A stretch of DNA of 64,000 nt from an uncultured virus (IMG/VR IMGVR_UViG_3300017751_000009) (Duplodnaviria; Heunggongvirae; Uroviricota; Caudoviricetes), in the IMG/VR virus record IMGVR_UViG_3300017751_000009, one strand, 5' to 3'. Below are positions 21,595 through 30,925 of the stretch, piece by piece. The number at the start of each line of letters is the position of its first letter. Within the stretch, counting starts at the first letter, position 1. Below the pieces are notes generated by a model. That model saw only the letters and a list, made by a program, of their open reading frames with translations. It did no database searches and had not been told where the DNA came from. The position numbers and the translations under genes were made by a program.

Positions 21595-22482
21595 ATGTCA
21601 CTGTCATATTCCGATATTTCTAACTTTCTAACAGAAGCAAAGAAAAAGAAACCGTCAACTACAGGGGATTTTGAATCTCCTAAAGTTGACGATTCTTCTG
21701 TAAAAATTACAGAGGGAAGTTTTACTATCGGACCAGGGCACAAAGGTGCTATGAAAGGTAGTAAGATTTATAATAAAGGAAAGAGTACAACTAATCCCAA
21801 TGAAAGGGATGCGTTCTTAAAGAAATCTGGACCACAACTTCCTTTAGCTCAAAAGAAACCATCCACACAAATGGCTGGATATCAACCGGAAGGTGAGTTG
21901 ATTGAGGAGACAGATATGAGATTCTGTCCTAAGTGTGAGAAGATGGAAGTTAGAGAAGAGTGTGCTTATGGTCCTGATTATTGGGATGCATTTGCTATTA
22001 AGAATGTCTCTCAGAAAGTAGAAGAGGGTCTTGTTAATGAATTTGTTGGTGGAAAACCTGGAGACGGATATATTGGTCACCCAAATCTAGATATTAAAAA
22101 CCCACTTGCTAAGAAACAAGTTAAGGGTCCCACTGGCAATCAAGGACTTGCTGGCAAGCTTGGTGATAGAAAGATGAGAATTGATAAGATGACTAATCAA
22201 ATGCTCAATCAATCTGTCGAGCATGAAGGTGAGAATATTGAAGAAAAGTCTGCTGCATGGCAACGCAGTGAAGGTAAGAATAAAAAAGGTGGTCTGAATG
22301 AAAAGGGCCGTAAGTCTTATGAGCGTGAGAATCCTGGCAGTGATCTCAAAGCACCTCAACCTGAAGGTGGTCCTAGAAAAAGATCCTTCTGCGCTCGTAT
22401 GGGCGGCATGAAAGGTGCAATGAAGAAACCTAACGGTGAACCTACTCGTAAAGCTCTAGCACTAAGAAAGTGGAAATGCTGA
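21595..22482 (+). CDS. Probable head-internal protein with DUF6321-like C-terminal domain
   Basis: C-terminal AAWQRSEGKNKKGGLNEKGRKSY...SFCARMGGMKG...LRKWKC; CTAAATA at 21560-21566; several (L/I/V)xE sites. Confidence 0.7.
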   Translation: MSLSYSDISNFLTEAKKKKPSTTGDFESPKVDDSSVKITEGSFTIGPGHKGAMKGSKIYNKGKSTTNPNERDAFLKKSGPQLPLAQKKPSTQMAGYQPEGELIEETDMRFCPKCEKMEVREECAYGPDYWDAFAIKNVSQKVEEGLVNEFVGGKPGDGYIGHPNLDIKNPLAKKQVKGPTGNQGLAGKLGDRKMRIDKMTNQMLNQSVEHEGENIEEKSAAWQRSEGKNKKGGLNEKGRKSYERENPGSDLKAPQPEGGPRKRSFCARMGGMKGAMKKPNGEPTRKALALRKWKC

Positions 22483-22499
22483 TAAAAACTTTTGATGTA

Positions 22500-22529
22500 T
22501 GGACAAGTGCCTCTAAATAACCGTATAAT
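22500..22529 (+). promoter_or_regulatory. Overlapping sigma70-like (TGGACA-18-TATAAT) and late (CTAAATA, 22513-22519) promoters
   Basis: Motifs read directly, upstream of the small-gene/petE island. Confidence 0.5.
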
Positions 22530-22551
22530 GGTATAGTATTGATACTTTCTT

Positions 22552-22746
22552 ATGATAGGATTTTATCTACTAGTAGCATGTTTCGTTTTACTCATTGCCT
22601 ATGGGGGCATAGAGGAAACGATGAAGCTAATCCATTATATTGATCTTACTATCAGATATGCATTTATAAAAGTAAGACTATATTTTATGAAAAGAAAGTT
22701 AGAAAAAGAATTGGGATTTTTTACCCGGAGGGACAACAATGTCTGA
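22552..22746 (+). CDS. Small membrane protein
   Basis: N-terminal hydrophobic helix; follows the promoter motifs. Confidence 0.65.
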   Translation: MIGFYLLVACFVLLIAYGGIEETMKLIHYIDLTIRYAFIKVRLYFMKRKLEKELGFFTRRDNNV

Positions 22747-23038
22747 TAATAAGGAGCTGTCAAATCTAAAACTTGAGAGAAAAGAATGTCCTAAATGTGG
22801 TGCTACTTGGATCAATGGAAATCATATCTGGAGAGGAACTGCTAACGAAGGCAGTGAATTAGATCTTGCTGGTCTTGTTTGCAATAAACTAGGTGATGGC
22901 ACTTGTATCAATCCATCGAAAGGAATAGAAGGTGGAACTACTTGGGAATATAGAGCGGGATTTATTGCTGGTGCAATTAAAGAGAAAAGAGAGTCTATGG
23001 AGAAGATGAGAGACTTCGGAGAGGAGATGGGTTTTTAG
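22739..23038 (+). CDS. Conserved hypothetical protein, possibly Zn-binding
   Basis: CPKC...W...LAGLVC...CINP pattern. Confidence 0.7.
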   Translation: MSDNKELSNLKLERKECPKCGATWINGNHIWRGTANEGSELDLAGLVCNKLGDGTCINPSKGIEGGTTWEYRAGFIAGAIKEKRESMEKMRDFGEEMGF

Positions 23039-23109
23039 TTCTGAAACCCTAATAATTTTAGGAATAAACTACTAAGAATGTGCTAGATAGTACAGTTGCA
23101 TAATACTCA

Positions 23110-23433
23110 ATGAGAGCTATTTGTTTCTTTCTAGTTACATTCTTTTTTGCTATTCCTGCATGGGCAGTTGATGTCTCTATGGGTGCTGGTGGAAACTTAG
23201 TATTTGAACCGAATGAGATCACAATCTCTGCAGGTGACACAGTTCATTTTGTTAATGAGGCTCTACCTCCTCATAACATTATTGTCGAAGGTCGTGCGGA
23301 TCTTTCAAGAGAAGCACTACTGTTTGCTCCTGGCGAATCACAAGATGTTGTATTTGCCGATAAAGGTGACTATAATTTCTTCTGTGGTCCTCACCAAGGT
23401 GCAGGCATGACAGGCGTAATTCATGTGGAGTAA
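23110..23433 (+). CDS. petE: Plastocyanin
   Basis: Signal peptide ending AWA, LVFEP, PPHN (Cu-binding His) and C-terminal CGPHQGAGM (Cys/His/Met ligands). Confidence 0.95.
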   Translation: MRAICFFLVTFFFAIPAWAVDVSMGAGGNLVFEPNEITISAGDTVHFVNEALPPHNIIVEGRADLSREALLFAPGESQDVVFADKGDYNFFCGPHQGAGMTGVIHVE

Positions 23434-23625
23434 ATGTCCAAAAGTTACATAACAAAAGAACAATGTCAGGGGATGATCGATGACGCAATTCGTAGACACA
23501 ACCGTAATGCTTCAATTATTTCTATGTGTGTTGGTTGGGTTGTTCTCGCTTTATTTGCTGAGGGTCTCCTTAGACTTATAGGCATAATACCACCACTATT
23601 ACCTTGGTTAGAATTAAAGCTATGA
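23434..23625 (+). CDS. Small conserved cyanobacterial/cyanophage membrane protein
   Basis: MIDDAIRRHNRNASIISMCVGWVVLALFAEGLLRLIG. Confidence 0.7.
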   Translation: MSKSYITKEQCQGMIDDAIRRHNRNASIISMCVGWVVLALFAEGLLRLIGIIPPLLPWLELKL

Positions 23626-23759
23626 GTGGATTATTCGGACACATATTACTGTGGATTTCAATCCCATTTGTATTATCGACAGTATTCTTCGCATTGTATC
23701 GGGGAGAAAATTTTTATTATGAAAGCGATGATTATGATGGAAATGGAACGGCACATTAA
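23622..23759 (+). CDS. ndhP: NdhP-like NDH-1 small subunit (45 aa, not in ORF track)
   Basis: Manual translation MSGLFGHILLWISIPFVLSTVFFALYRGENFYYESDDYDGNGTAH: one TM helix plus the NdhP-type C-terminus (Y.S..Y.GNG[ST]AH); ATGA overlap with the upstream gene. Confidence 0.75.
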   Translation: MSGLFGHILLWISIPFVLSTVFFALYRGENFYYESDDYDGNGTAH

Positions 23760-23952
23760 ACTGCGTTATGATTTTGCTATGAGTGCATTCTCTAGAATGT
23801 TTGGCGTAAATCATGTAATGGCTTCAGATGATATTTCTAGATTCTGTAAAAAGTGGTCTGAGACTGAGAATGAAGAAGCACCTAATGGAACTATAAGTGA
23901 GATTAACTTTTACTTTTTAGACTTCTGGAAAACCTGGGGAGGGTATGTATGA
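23737..23952 (+). CDS. Hypothetical protein (start revised from 23626)
   Basis: MEMERHIKLRYDFAMSAFSRMFGV...FWKTWGGYV; the upstream part of the track ORF overlaps ndhP in another frame. Confidence 0.6.
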   Translation: MEMERHIKLRYDFAMSAFSRMFGVNHVMASDDISRFCKKWSETENEEAPNGTISEINFYFLDFWKTWGGYV

Positions 23953-24128
23953 CCAGTGCAGCACTCAAGGCAGCACATTTTGCTGCTGCCACACTTAACA
24001 ATCCTTTTGGAATTGGAGCATTAAGTCTTTTACTAATTATTGTACCTATTGTAGGGATGGATTTAGTACATAGATATGGATGGCAGCACTGGGAACCATT
24101 TAATAAACCTAGAAGGGTATCTAAATAA
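23949..24128 (+). CDS. Small membrane protein (59 aa, not in ORF track)
   Basis: MTSAALKAAHFAAATLNNPFGIGALSLLLIIVPIVGMDLVHRYGWQHWEPFNKPRRVSK; ATGA overlap. Confidence 0.7.
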   Translation: MTSAALKAAHFAAATLNNPFGIGALSLLLIIVPIVGMDLVHRYGWQHWEPFNKPRRVSK

Positions 24129-24145
24129 TTATAAAGTCACTTGTT

Positions 24146-26185
24146 GTGATGAATAGATATCAAAAAGCAATACGATACACAAAACCACTTGTTAAAATTG
24201 ATGAGAAGATTGCTTTTCTTAAAGAGAAGATGGTAACAGGCGGTATGTATTCTGTAGTGGATACATCCCCCGAAGTGCTTGAGGTTGGACCAACATTTGA
24301 GCCAGCACCTCTTGGTGATTTTTCTGACCTAAGTTCTTTTGTATGGGATAGTGCAGCTCAAGGAGATGGTACTCCGGGTGTTCTTCCAAATCTTAGTCAA
24401 TTGCAGACTACAGATATTAATGGGGTTACCCAACCTAGATTAGAAATGCCTCAAATTGAAACCAGTGATGGCAGTAACTATAATGGAACACCATATGCTA
24501 TGGCATTTTCTGGTAGTATGGCATTGACTGGAACTTCTCTTGGGTATATTAATGAGAATGGGTATAACCATGTATATCAATTGAGTAATGTTTTTGGTGT
24601 AAGTTATAATGAGTTTGCTAGAAAATTTGCTCAAGCTTACTCAGAAGGAAATTTTACACAAAAAACAATTTACATGTGGTCGGGTATAGATTGTTTGCTT
24701 GGTCAGTGCAGAGGTGGTGCCGCATATTACCCACCTGGTACAAGTAATGTTGCACCCCATGCATCAAGAGTTTTATATGCGTATTCATTATTGATTCCAG
24801 TTGATGGGAGTGGGATTCCCAAAGGACATCCAGTAATGACTGATGTAGGTGTAAGATCGCAATCAAAAAGAGTCGCTTCGGTTATAAGTCGGGATGGTAT
24901 TGGCGATCCAAGTTATTATCCTGGGGCAATTAAGGGGATGTTTGAGTCTCTAAAATCCGCAGTTGGTGATATTGGTATGAATATTGTAAATACTCTTAGT
25001 GATATGGAAAATGCAATTGGAGATGCTTTAGAATCCTCAGGTATATCAGATGTTTCTGGACCTATTGCAGATGCAGTGAGTGGAATTATTGATGGGATTG
25101 GATTGCTTGGTCAGACCCAAGAGGTATTGCAGAAAAATGCAGCAGAAGGAAATATTATACCAGCTAAATCCGGTGAGGTTCGTGCAACTATAGCGGATGG
25201 AGCTTCTGGTTCTGCATCTAATCCAATTCAAACTAAGTTATCACCTAGTTCTATGAATGCACTTCAAGATGCTGTAAACAATTACAATCCCACAGTTGAT
25301 GGGAGCTTAAAAGACTACATTAATAAGTCTACATCAAGCAGTAGTAATCTTGGTTTAAAAGGAACCCATAATAATATTCAAAGTGCTGTAATTCGTGGAG
25401 ATGATATCGTACTTCAAGATACCTATGGATTTGGAGATAGTGCAGACATTGCCAATAAACCAATAGTTAAACAAGTTGCTGGTGCAACTGAAATGCTTGT
25501 AAATGCTCTAGGTGGTAATGGATCAGAATGGAGTAAAGAGGTACAAACAATTTTCGATCAGTTAGGTCCTGTTGGAGCTCTTGCGTCTGGGGTAGCATCA
25601 GGTGGTCAAACCGCCAGTCTCCCAGGAAGAAAAGCTCCGGTAGTTCACTTTGAGACAGTTATCAAAGGTGGTGCAAAAAAGATGGGATCAAACTTCAATG
25701 TCAAAGAATCTACTCTGATTGAAAAGTGGAAAAGTAAAAATAAAAAACCCACGAATCAAAATAATATGGAATCTATATCTAAAGTTTTAGAAGCACTTCC
25801 CAAACCAATCAAAAGAGTATTGTTATTTGAGGTTACTTCTGCTTTAGAAATTGCAGCACTACCCCCAGATCAAAAGAAATATAAAGAGCAAGAAATAAAA
25901 AATCGAGCTACTAATGTTTATCATGATGCGTATGTTGATAATCAATTCCCAGAAAATGTAGAGCAGACTTCAAGAGTTAAAAAACTTTTGAAGAGAAATC
26001 TTGAACTGTCTGACCCCAAAACATTTAAAGATCCTAAACCCGTGATTACCTATGGCAAATTATTTGGTGGTGATCATAAGAATAAGCGTGTTAAAATTAA
26101 GGAGCATGGTGGGAAGTCTTTTAATAGATTTCTAATGAAAGAAAAACGGAAAGATACTTCTAGACTTAGGTGGTTAAAATCATGA
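24146..26185 (+). CDS. Large hypothetical protein, possibly virion-internal
   Basis: 679-aa ORF after CTAAATA (24121-24127); basic N- and C-terminal regions flank a Gly/Ser-rich core. Confidence 0.75.
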   Translation: MMNRYQKAIRYTKPLVKIDEKIAFLKEKMVTGGMYSVVDTSPEVLEVGPTFEPAPLGDFSDLSSFVWDSAAQGDGTPGVLPNLSQLQTTDINGVTQPRLEMPQIETSDGSNYNGTPYAMAFSGSMALTGTSLGYINENGYNHVYQLSNVFGVSYNEFARKFAQAYSEGNFTQKTIYMWSGIDCLLGQCRGGAAYYPPGTSNVAPHASRVLYAYSLLIPVDGSGIPKGHPVMTDVGVRSQSKRVASVISRDGIGDPSYYPGAIKGMFESLKSAVGDIGMNIVNTLSDMENAIGDALESSGISDVSGPIADAVSGIIDGIGLLGQTQEVLQKNAAEGNIIPAKSGEVRATIADGASGSASNPIQTKLSPSSMNALQDAVNNYNPTVDGSLKDYINKSTSSSSNLGLKGTHNNIQSAVIRGDDIVLQDTYGFGDSADIANKPIVKQVAGATEMLVNALGGNGSEWSKEVQTIFDQLGPVGALASGVASGGQTASLPGRKAPVVHFETVIKGGAKKMGSNFNVKESTLIEKWKSKNKKPTNQNNMESISKVLEALPKPIKRVLLFEVTSALEIAALPPDQKKYKEQEIKNRATNVYHDAYVDNQFPENVEQTSRVKKLLKRNLELSDPKTFKDPKPVITYGKLFGGDHKNKRVKIKEHGGKSFNRFLMKEKRKDTSRLRWLKS

Positions 26186-26322
26186 ATTTACTATTACAAC
26201 CACATACTAATGTAAACGATCCTGTATGGTCAGTGATCTTTATGGTAGCACTTGCTCTCGCAGGGGCATTCTATTGTATCTACTATATACTAGGAGTTGA
26301 TGAAAGAGAATCGAATGGGTGA
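26182..26322 (+). CDS. Small membrane protein (46 aa)
   Basis: MNLLLQPHTNVNDPVWSVIFMVALALAGAFYCIYYILGVDERESNG; ATGA overlap. Confidence 0.65.
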   Translation: MNLLLQPHTNVNDPVWSVIFMVALALAGAFYCIYYILGVDERESNG

Positions 26323-26467
26323 GCAAAATAATACTGAAAAGAAATATGAAAGTGACATAACACGGTGGTGTAGAAGTGCTGTCTGTGGATCTGCTCCCTT
26401 TATCCCAGACTCTGAGTTTCAAGGCGAAAACTGCGAACTAACCTGCGATATAAAATTAAGATCATGA
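26315..26467 (+). CDS. Small Cys-containing protein (50 aa)
   Basis: MGEQNNTEKKYESDITRWCRSAVCGSAPFIPDSEFQGENCELTCDIKLRS; tiles the gap. Confidence 0.55.
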   Translation: MGEQNNTEKKYESDITRWCRSAVCGSAPFIPDSEFQGENCELTCDIKLRS

Positions 26468-26547
26468 GTGTAATATTTGTATTTTCTTTTGTCTCATTGC
26501 TATGCTTTGCAATGCATATTACTTGGCCACTACCTTATAGAAAATAA
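26464..26547 (+). CDS. Very small hydrophobic peptide (27 aa)
   Basis: MSVIFVFSFVSLLCFAMHITWPLPYRK; ATGA overlap upstream and TAATG overlap with gp17. Confidence 0.5.
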   Translation: MSVIFVFSFVSLLCFAMHITWPLPYRK

Positions 26548-28211
26548 TGTCTTCAAATGAAATTTACTTAGGTAATCCTAACCTAAAAAAAGCAAATACT
26601 TCTGTAGAATTTTCCAAAGAAGATGTCAAAGAATATTTAAAATGTAAAGATGACCCAGTATATTTTGCAAAGAACTATGTAAAAATTGTTTCTCTGGATG
26701 AAGGTCTTGTACCTTTTAAGATGTGGGGATTTCAAGAAAAATTAATCCGCAACTTCCATGAGAAACGATTTAATATCTGTAAGATGCCAAGACAGACTGG
26801 TAAGTCTACAACTTGCGTATCTTATCTTTTACATTTCATTGTTTTTAACGATAGTGTCAATGTCGGTATACTTGCCAACAAAGCAGCAACAGCAAGAGAG
26901 CTTTTAAGTAGGTTACAAACTGCATACGAGAACTTGCCAAAGTGGATGCAACAGGGTATTCTATCCTGGAATAAAGGCAGCATGGAGCTAGAAAATGGCA
27001 GTAAGATATTGGCAGCATCTACATCTGCAAGTGCTGTCCGAGGTATGTCGTTTAATATCATCTTCCTCGATGAGTTTGCGTTCGTTCCAAATCATATTGC
27101 AGAGTCGTTCTTTGCCTCTGTTTATCCTACTATTACTTCTGGTAAAAGCACAAAGGTAATCATGGTTTCAACGCCTCACGGCATGAACCATTTTTACAGA
27201 TACTGGCACGATGCACAGAGAGGGAAGAACGAATATACGGCTACAGAAGTTCACTGGTCTGAAGTCCCTGGTAGGGATGCTAAATGGAAAGCACAGACCA
27301 TTGCCAACACCTCAGATCAGCAGTTCAAAGTTGAGTTTGAGTGTGAATTCCTTGGATCTGTTGACACTTTGATTAGTGTTGCTAAATTAAGAAACCTTGT
27401 TTTTGACGATCCAATACAGAATAATGGAAAGGGACTCGTGGTATATGAAAAACCACAGAAGGATCGTGATTATATCGTAACTGTTGACACTGCGCGTGGC
27501 ATTGATCATGACTATTCGGCATTTGTAATTTTTGATATTTCAGAGTTCCCATATAAAACTGTAGCAAGATATAAGAATAATGAAATTAAGCCCATGCTAT
27601 TCCCAAATATTATTTTGGATATGGCGAAAGCTTATAACAATGCTTATGTATTGGTTGAGGTTAATGATATTGGAGAACAGGTTTCATCAATTTTACAATA
27701 CGATCTAGAATATGAGAATATGCTGATGTGCTCTATGAGAGGTAGAGCAGGTCAACAAGTAGGTACAGGTTTCAGTGGTAAGAAAACCCAACTGGGTGTC
27801 CGAATGACTGCTGCTGTAAAGAAGACTGGTTGTTCAAATCTAAAGGCATTAATAGAAGAAGATAAGCTAGTAACCAGTGATTATGATATCATTGCAGAAT
27901 TGACAACATTTATTCAGAAAAAACAATCGTGGGAAGCGGAAGATGGATGTCACGATGACCTTGCAATGTGTTTGGTTATTTTTGCATGGTTAGTGGCTCA
28001 AGATTACTTCAGAGAGATGACGGACAATGATGTCCGCAAGAGAATCTATGAAGATCAGAAAGATCAGATCGAACAAGATATGGCACCTTTTGGATTTATC
28101 AGTGATGGATTAGATGATGAGTCATTTGTTGAAGGTGGAGATAGGTGGACTGTAGATAAGGAGATGTCATCAACATATGGTGACATGTCTTATATGTGGG
28201 ATTACAATTGA
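26547..28211 (+). CDS. gp17: Terminase large subunit
   Basis: YLGNPNLKK, Walker A PRQTGKS, Walker B IIFLDEFAF, nuclease VDTARG and HDDLAM. Confidence 0.98.
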   Translation: MSSNEIYLGNPNLKKANTSVEFSKEDVKEYLKCKDDPVYFAKNYVKIVSLDEGLVPFKMWGFQEKLIRNFHEKRFNICKMPRQTGKSTTCVSYLLHFIVFNDSVNVGILANKAATARELLSRLQTAYENLPKWMQQGILSWNKGSMELENGSKILAASTSASAVRGMSFNIIFLDEFAFVPNHIAESFFASVYPTITSGKSTKVIMVSTPHGMNHFYRYWHDAQRGKNEYTATEVHWSEVPGRDAKWKAQTIANTSDQQFKVEFECEFLGSVDTLISVAKLRNLVFDDPIQNNGKGLVVYEKPQKDRDYIVTVDTARGIDHDYSAFVIFDISEFPYKTVARYKNNEIKPMLFPNIILDMAKAYNNAYVLVEVNDIGEQVSSILQYDLEYENMLMCSMRGRAGQQVGTGFSGKKTQLGVRMTAAVKKTGCSNLKALIEEDKLVTSDYDIIAELTTFIQKKQSWEAEDGCHDDLAMCLVIFAWLVAQDYFREMTDNDVRKRIYEDQKDQIEQDMAPFGFISDGLDDESFVEGGDRWTVDKEMSSTYGDMSYMWDYN

Positions 28212-28441
28212 TGGAACTAGATGATGAATTTGAGTTAGGTCATCTATATCTTTCTGAAAGGAAATGTAGGACTTGCAATAAGATGAAAGATTTGATGAAT
28301 GATTTTTATAGAACTCATAAAGATAGAGGTGATTCTCCATCAGCATATTCATATGAATGCAAGTCATGCACTAAAGAAAGAGTAGTTATGACAAGGAAAC
28401 AAAAAGATAGATTATTGTATTGGTGCTATCCAGATTGGTAG
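28211..28441 (+). CDS. Small Zn-finger protein
   Basis: CRTC...CKSC; ATG at 28211 overlaps the gp17 stop. Confidence 0.65.
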   Translation: MELDDEFELGHLYLSERKCRTCNKMKDLMNDFYRTHKDRGDSPSAYSYECKSCTKERVVMTRKQKDRLLYWCYPDW

Positions 28442-28480
28442 TGTTCATGTATGGTTTCCCCACTCAAAAAGGTCTAAACT

Positions 28481-28487
28481 CTAAATA
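28481..28487 (+). promoter_or_regulatory. Late promoter CTAAATA
   Basis: Upstream of gp18. Confidence 0.65.
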
Positions 28488-28523
28488 TTAGTAGACAAAA
28501 TTGGATTCTATTGGGAGTTAAAG

Positions 28524-30890
28524 ATGCCGCTCAACCTAGCATCTCCTGGAATTGTCGTAAAGGAAGTTGACCTAACCCAAGGTAGAGTAGACCCCACTTC
28601 TACTCTAGCTGCAGGTATCGTAGCTCCCTTTGCAAAAGGACCAGTCGAGAAACCCACACTTATCGAAACCGAGGCGGATCTTCTAGAGACCTTCGGTTCA
28701 CCATACAAAGACAGCAACCACTACGAATATTGGTTGACAGCTTCATCGTACCTAGCATATGGCGGCGTACTTCGCGTTGTTAGATCTAACGATACAGAGC
28801 TCAAGAACTCCTTTGTTGGTACTGCTAGCAGCGTCACGATTAAAAGCGTAGACGATTATATCAATAAAGGATATTCTGAAAACAACATTAGTAATGTTGT
28901 TCTTGCTGCTAGAAACCCTGGTTCCTGGGCAAATGGAATTAAGGTTGCCGTTCTAGACGGTCTTGCAGATCAAGTCATCACTGGTGTTGACACTAGTGCT
29001 GTTCTTGGATTTTCTTCTACTGCTAATGGCGGTCTTGCTGCTGTTGCCGGATACGAAAACGGTATTTCAGATATTGATCTGACTGTAGGTCTGGGTGTCA
29101 CTCAGGCAGTACCTGCTGGAACAGTTGTTGCTGGTGTTGGCGCTACCTCACTGCTTGATGGATACCTTAAGGGTGTAATCACAGAAGTTGGTTCGGGTCA
29201 AGTTTCAGTCAAGCTTGTATCACATGTCAGTTCTGCTGGAACAGAAACTTCTGTTGAGTATACTCCTGGTGGAGTTTACGAATTCCAGAACACTGGTTCA
29301 TTCTCACTGCATGTTCAGTCCAGTGTAGGTGCTTCTAAAAATGGTTGGGTATCAGGAACAGTTGCTTACGGTTCTAGTTTCGCATCCAGTGATTTCTTCA
29401 CAGCTCTGACTGGTGCAGGTATTACTAGTGGAGATGCTCGTTGGACTGCAGCTGCAGCATATGACGGAGACATTGATTACACTGGTGCTACCGATTGGTT
29501 CGATAGTCAAACCATCACTCTTAGCAACGGATCTACAATTGCTTGGAACTCCCTTGCAGATAGACCCGGTACTTCTTCATTCGCTGCAGCTAGAAACGCC
29601 AAGAACGATGAAGTTCATGTTGCCCTAATTGACGATGCTGGTAAAATTACCGGTAACGCTGGTACACTTCTTGAGAAGTATATCTCAGCATCTAAAGCAA
29701 AAGATTCCGTATACTCTGCTGGTTCTTCTTCTTACTGGAGAAAACTTCTTGAAGTTGCTAGTCAGTATGCATTTGGTGGTGGAGCTCCTGCAGGTATTGT
29801 AACAACAGACCTGGATGCAGACTTTGATCCTAAGACTGATGTTGCATGGGATCAAGACACTGAGAATGTTTCTTTCGCTTCCATCGGAAACTATCAAGCA
29901 TCATTTGCTAATGGTCTTAACTACGGCGGCAAATCTGGAATCAATAGTACAGGTGCTCTTAGCGTAAGCGTAGGAGACCTTTCTAGTGGTTATGATCTTC
30001 TTGCAAATAAAGATGCATACGAGTTAGATTTCCTGATGATGGGATCTGCTGCTCACGGTAGAGAGGCATCACAAGCTCTTGCAAATAAACTAATTGCAGT
30101 CGCAGAACTTAGAAAAGATTGTGTTGCATGCATCTCTCCCCATAGACAAGCATTCCTTGCTACATCTGGAGATGGAGAAGACCTAACGCTAAGTTCCGAT
30201 ACTGTTACTTCCGCTGTAACTGCATTCTACTCTTCAGTATCCTCATCTTCTTACGCTATTCTTGATAGTGGTTATAAGTACATGTATGATCGCTTTAGTA
30301 AAGCGTTCCGTTATGTACCCCTTAATGGTGATATTGCTGGCCTTTGTGCTAGGAATGATATCAATAACTTCCCCTGGTTCTCGCCGGGTGGAACTACAAG
30401 AGGCGCAATCCTCAACGCTGTAAAATTAGCGTACACCCCCTCACAAGCTGAAAGAGATAAGTTATACTCCGCAAGAGTTAACCCTGTAATCTTCTCGCCC
30501 GGTGCTGGTATTGTCCTCTTCGGTGATAAGACAGCTCTTGGTAAATCCTCAGCATTCGACAGAATCAATGTCCGTCGTCTGTTTATTTACTTAGAGAAAG
30601 CAATCTCAGCCGCTGCAAGAGATCAACTCTTTGAGTTCAACGATGAGATTACGAGACTCAACTTCTTGAATATTGTTGAACCTTTCCTTCGCGATGTACA
30701 ATCTAAGAGAGGTGTTACCGATTTCGTAGTAATTTGCGATGAGACAAATAACACTGCTGCGGTAATTGACAACAACGAATTTGTTGCTGACATCTTTATC
30801 AAACCTGCTAGGTCGATTAACTTCATCGGTCTGACATTCGTTGCTACCCGCACCGGAGTCAGTTTTGAAGAAGTTATTGGTCGAGTTTGA
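28524..30890 (+). CDS. gp18: Tail sheath protein
   Basis: LASPGIVVKEVDLT, FAKGPV, PWFSPGG..RG, FDRINVRRLF, FEFNDEITR, IKPARSINFI. Confidence 0.98.
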   Translation: MPLNLASPGIVVKEVDLTQGRVDPTSTLAAGIVAPFAKGPVEKPTLIETEADLLETFGSPYKDSNHYEYWLTASSYLAYGGVLRVVRSNDTELKNSFVGTASSVTIKSVDDYINKGYSENNISNVVLAARNPGSWANGIKVAVLDGLADQVITGVDTSAVLGFSSTANGGLAAVAGYENGISDIDLTVGLGVTQAVPAGTVVAGVGATSLLDGYLKGVITEVGSGQVSVKLVSHVSSAGTETSVEYTPGGVYEFQNTGSFSLHVQSSVGASKNGWVSGTVAYGSSFASSDFFTALTGAGITSGDARWTAAAAYDGDIDYTGATDWFDSQTITLSNGSTIAWNSLADRPGTSSFAAARNAKNDEVHVALIDDAGKITGNAGTLLEKYISASKAKDSVYSAGSSSYWRKLLEVASQYAFGGGAPAGIVTTDLDADFDPKTDVAWDQDTENVSFASIGNYQASFANGLNYGGKSGINSTGALSVSVGDLSSGYDLLANKDAYELDFLMMGSAAHGREASQALANKLIAVAELRKDCVACISPHRQAFLATSGDGEDLTLSSDTVTSAVTAFYSSVSSSSYAILDSGYKYMYDRFSKAFRYVPLNGDIAGLCARNDINNFPWFSPGGTTRGAILNAVKLAYTPSQAERDKLYSARVNPVIFSPGAGIVLFGDKTALGKSSAFDRINVRRLFIYLEKAISAAARDQLFEFNDEITRLNFLNIVEPFLRDVQSKRGVTDFVVICDETNNTAAVIDNNEFVADIFIKPARSINFIGLTFVATRTGVSFEEVIGRV

Positions 30891-30925
30891 TCGCCTTATA
30901 CTAAACTCATAGGAGAACCCAAACA

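Noticed and set aside
23626..23736. N-terminal part of the track's 108-aa ORF
   Set aside because: It overlaps the NdhP-like ORF in another frame; an ATG near 23737 is more plausible.
28211..28441. Homing endonuclease after gp17
   Set aside because: Only a short Zn-finger is present, with no HNH, GIY-YIG or EndoVII catalytic domain.
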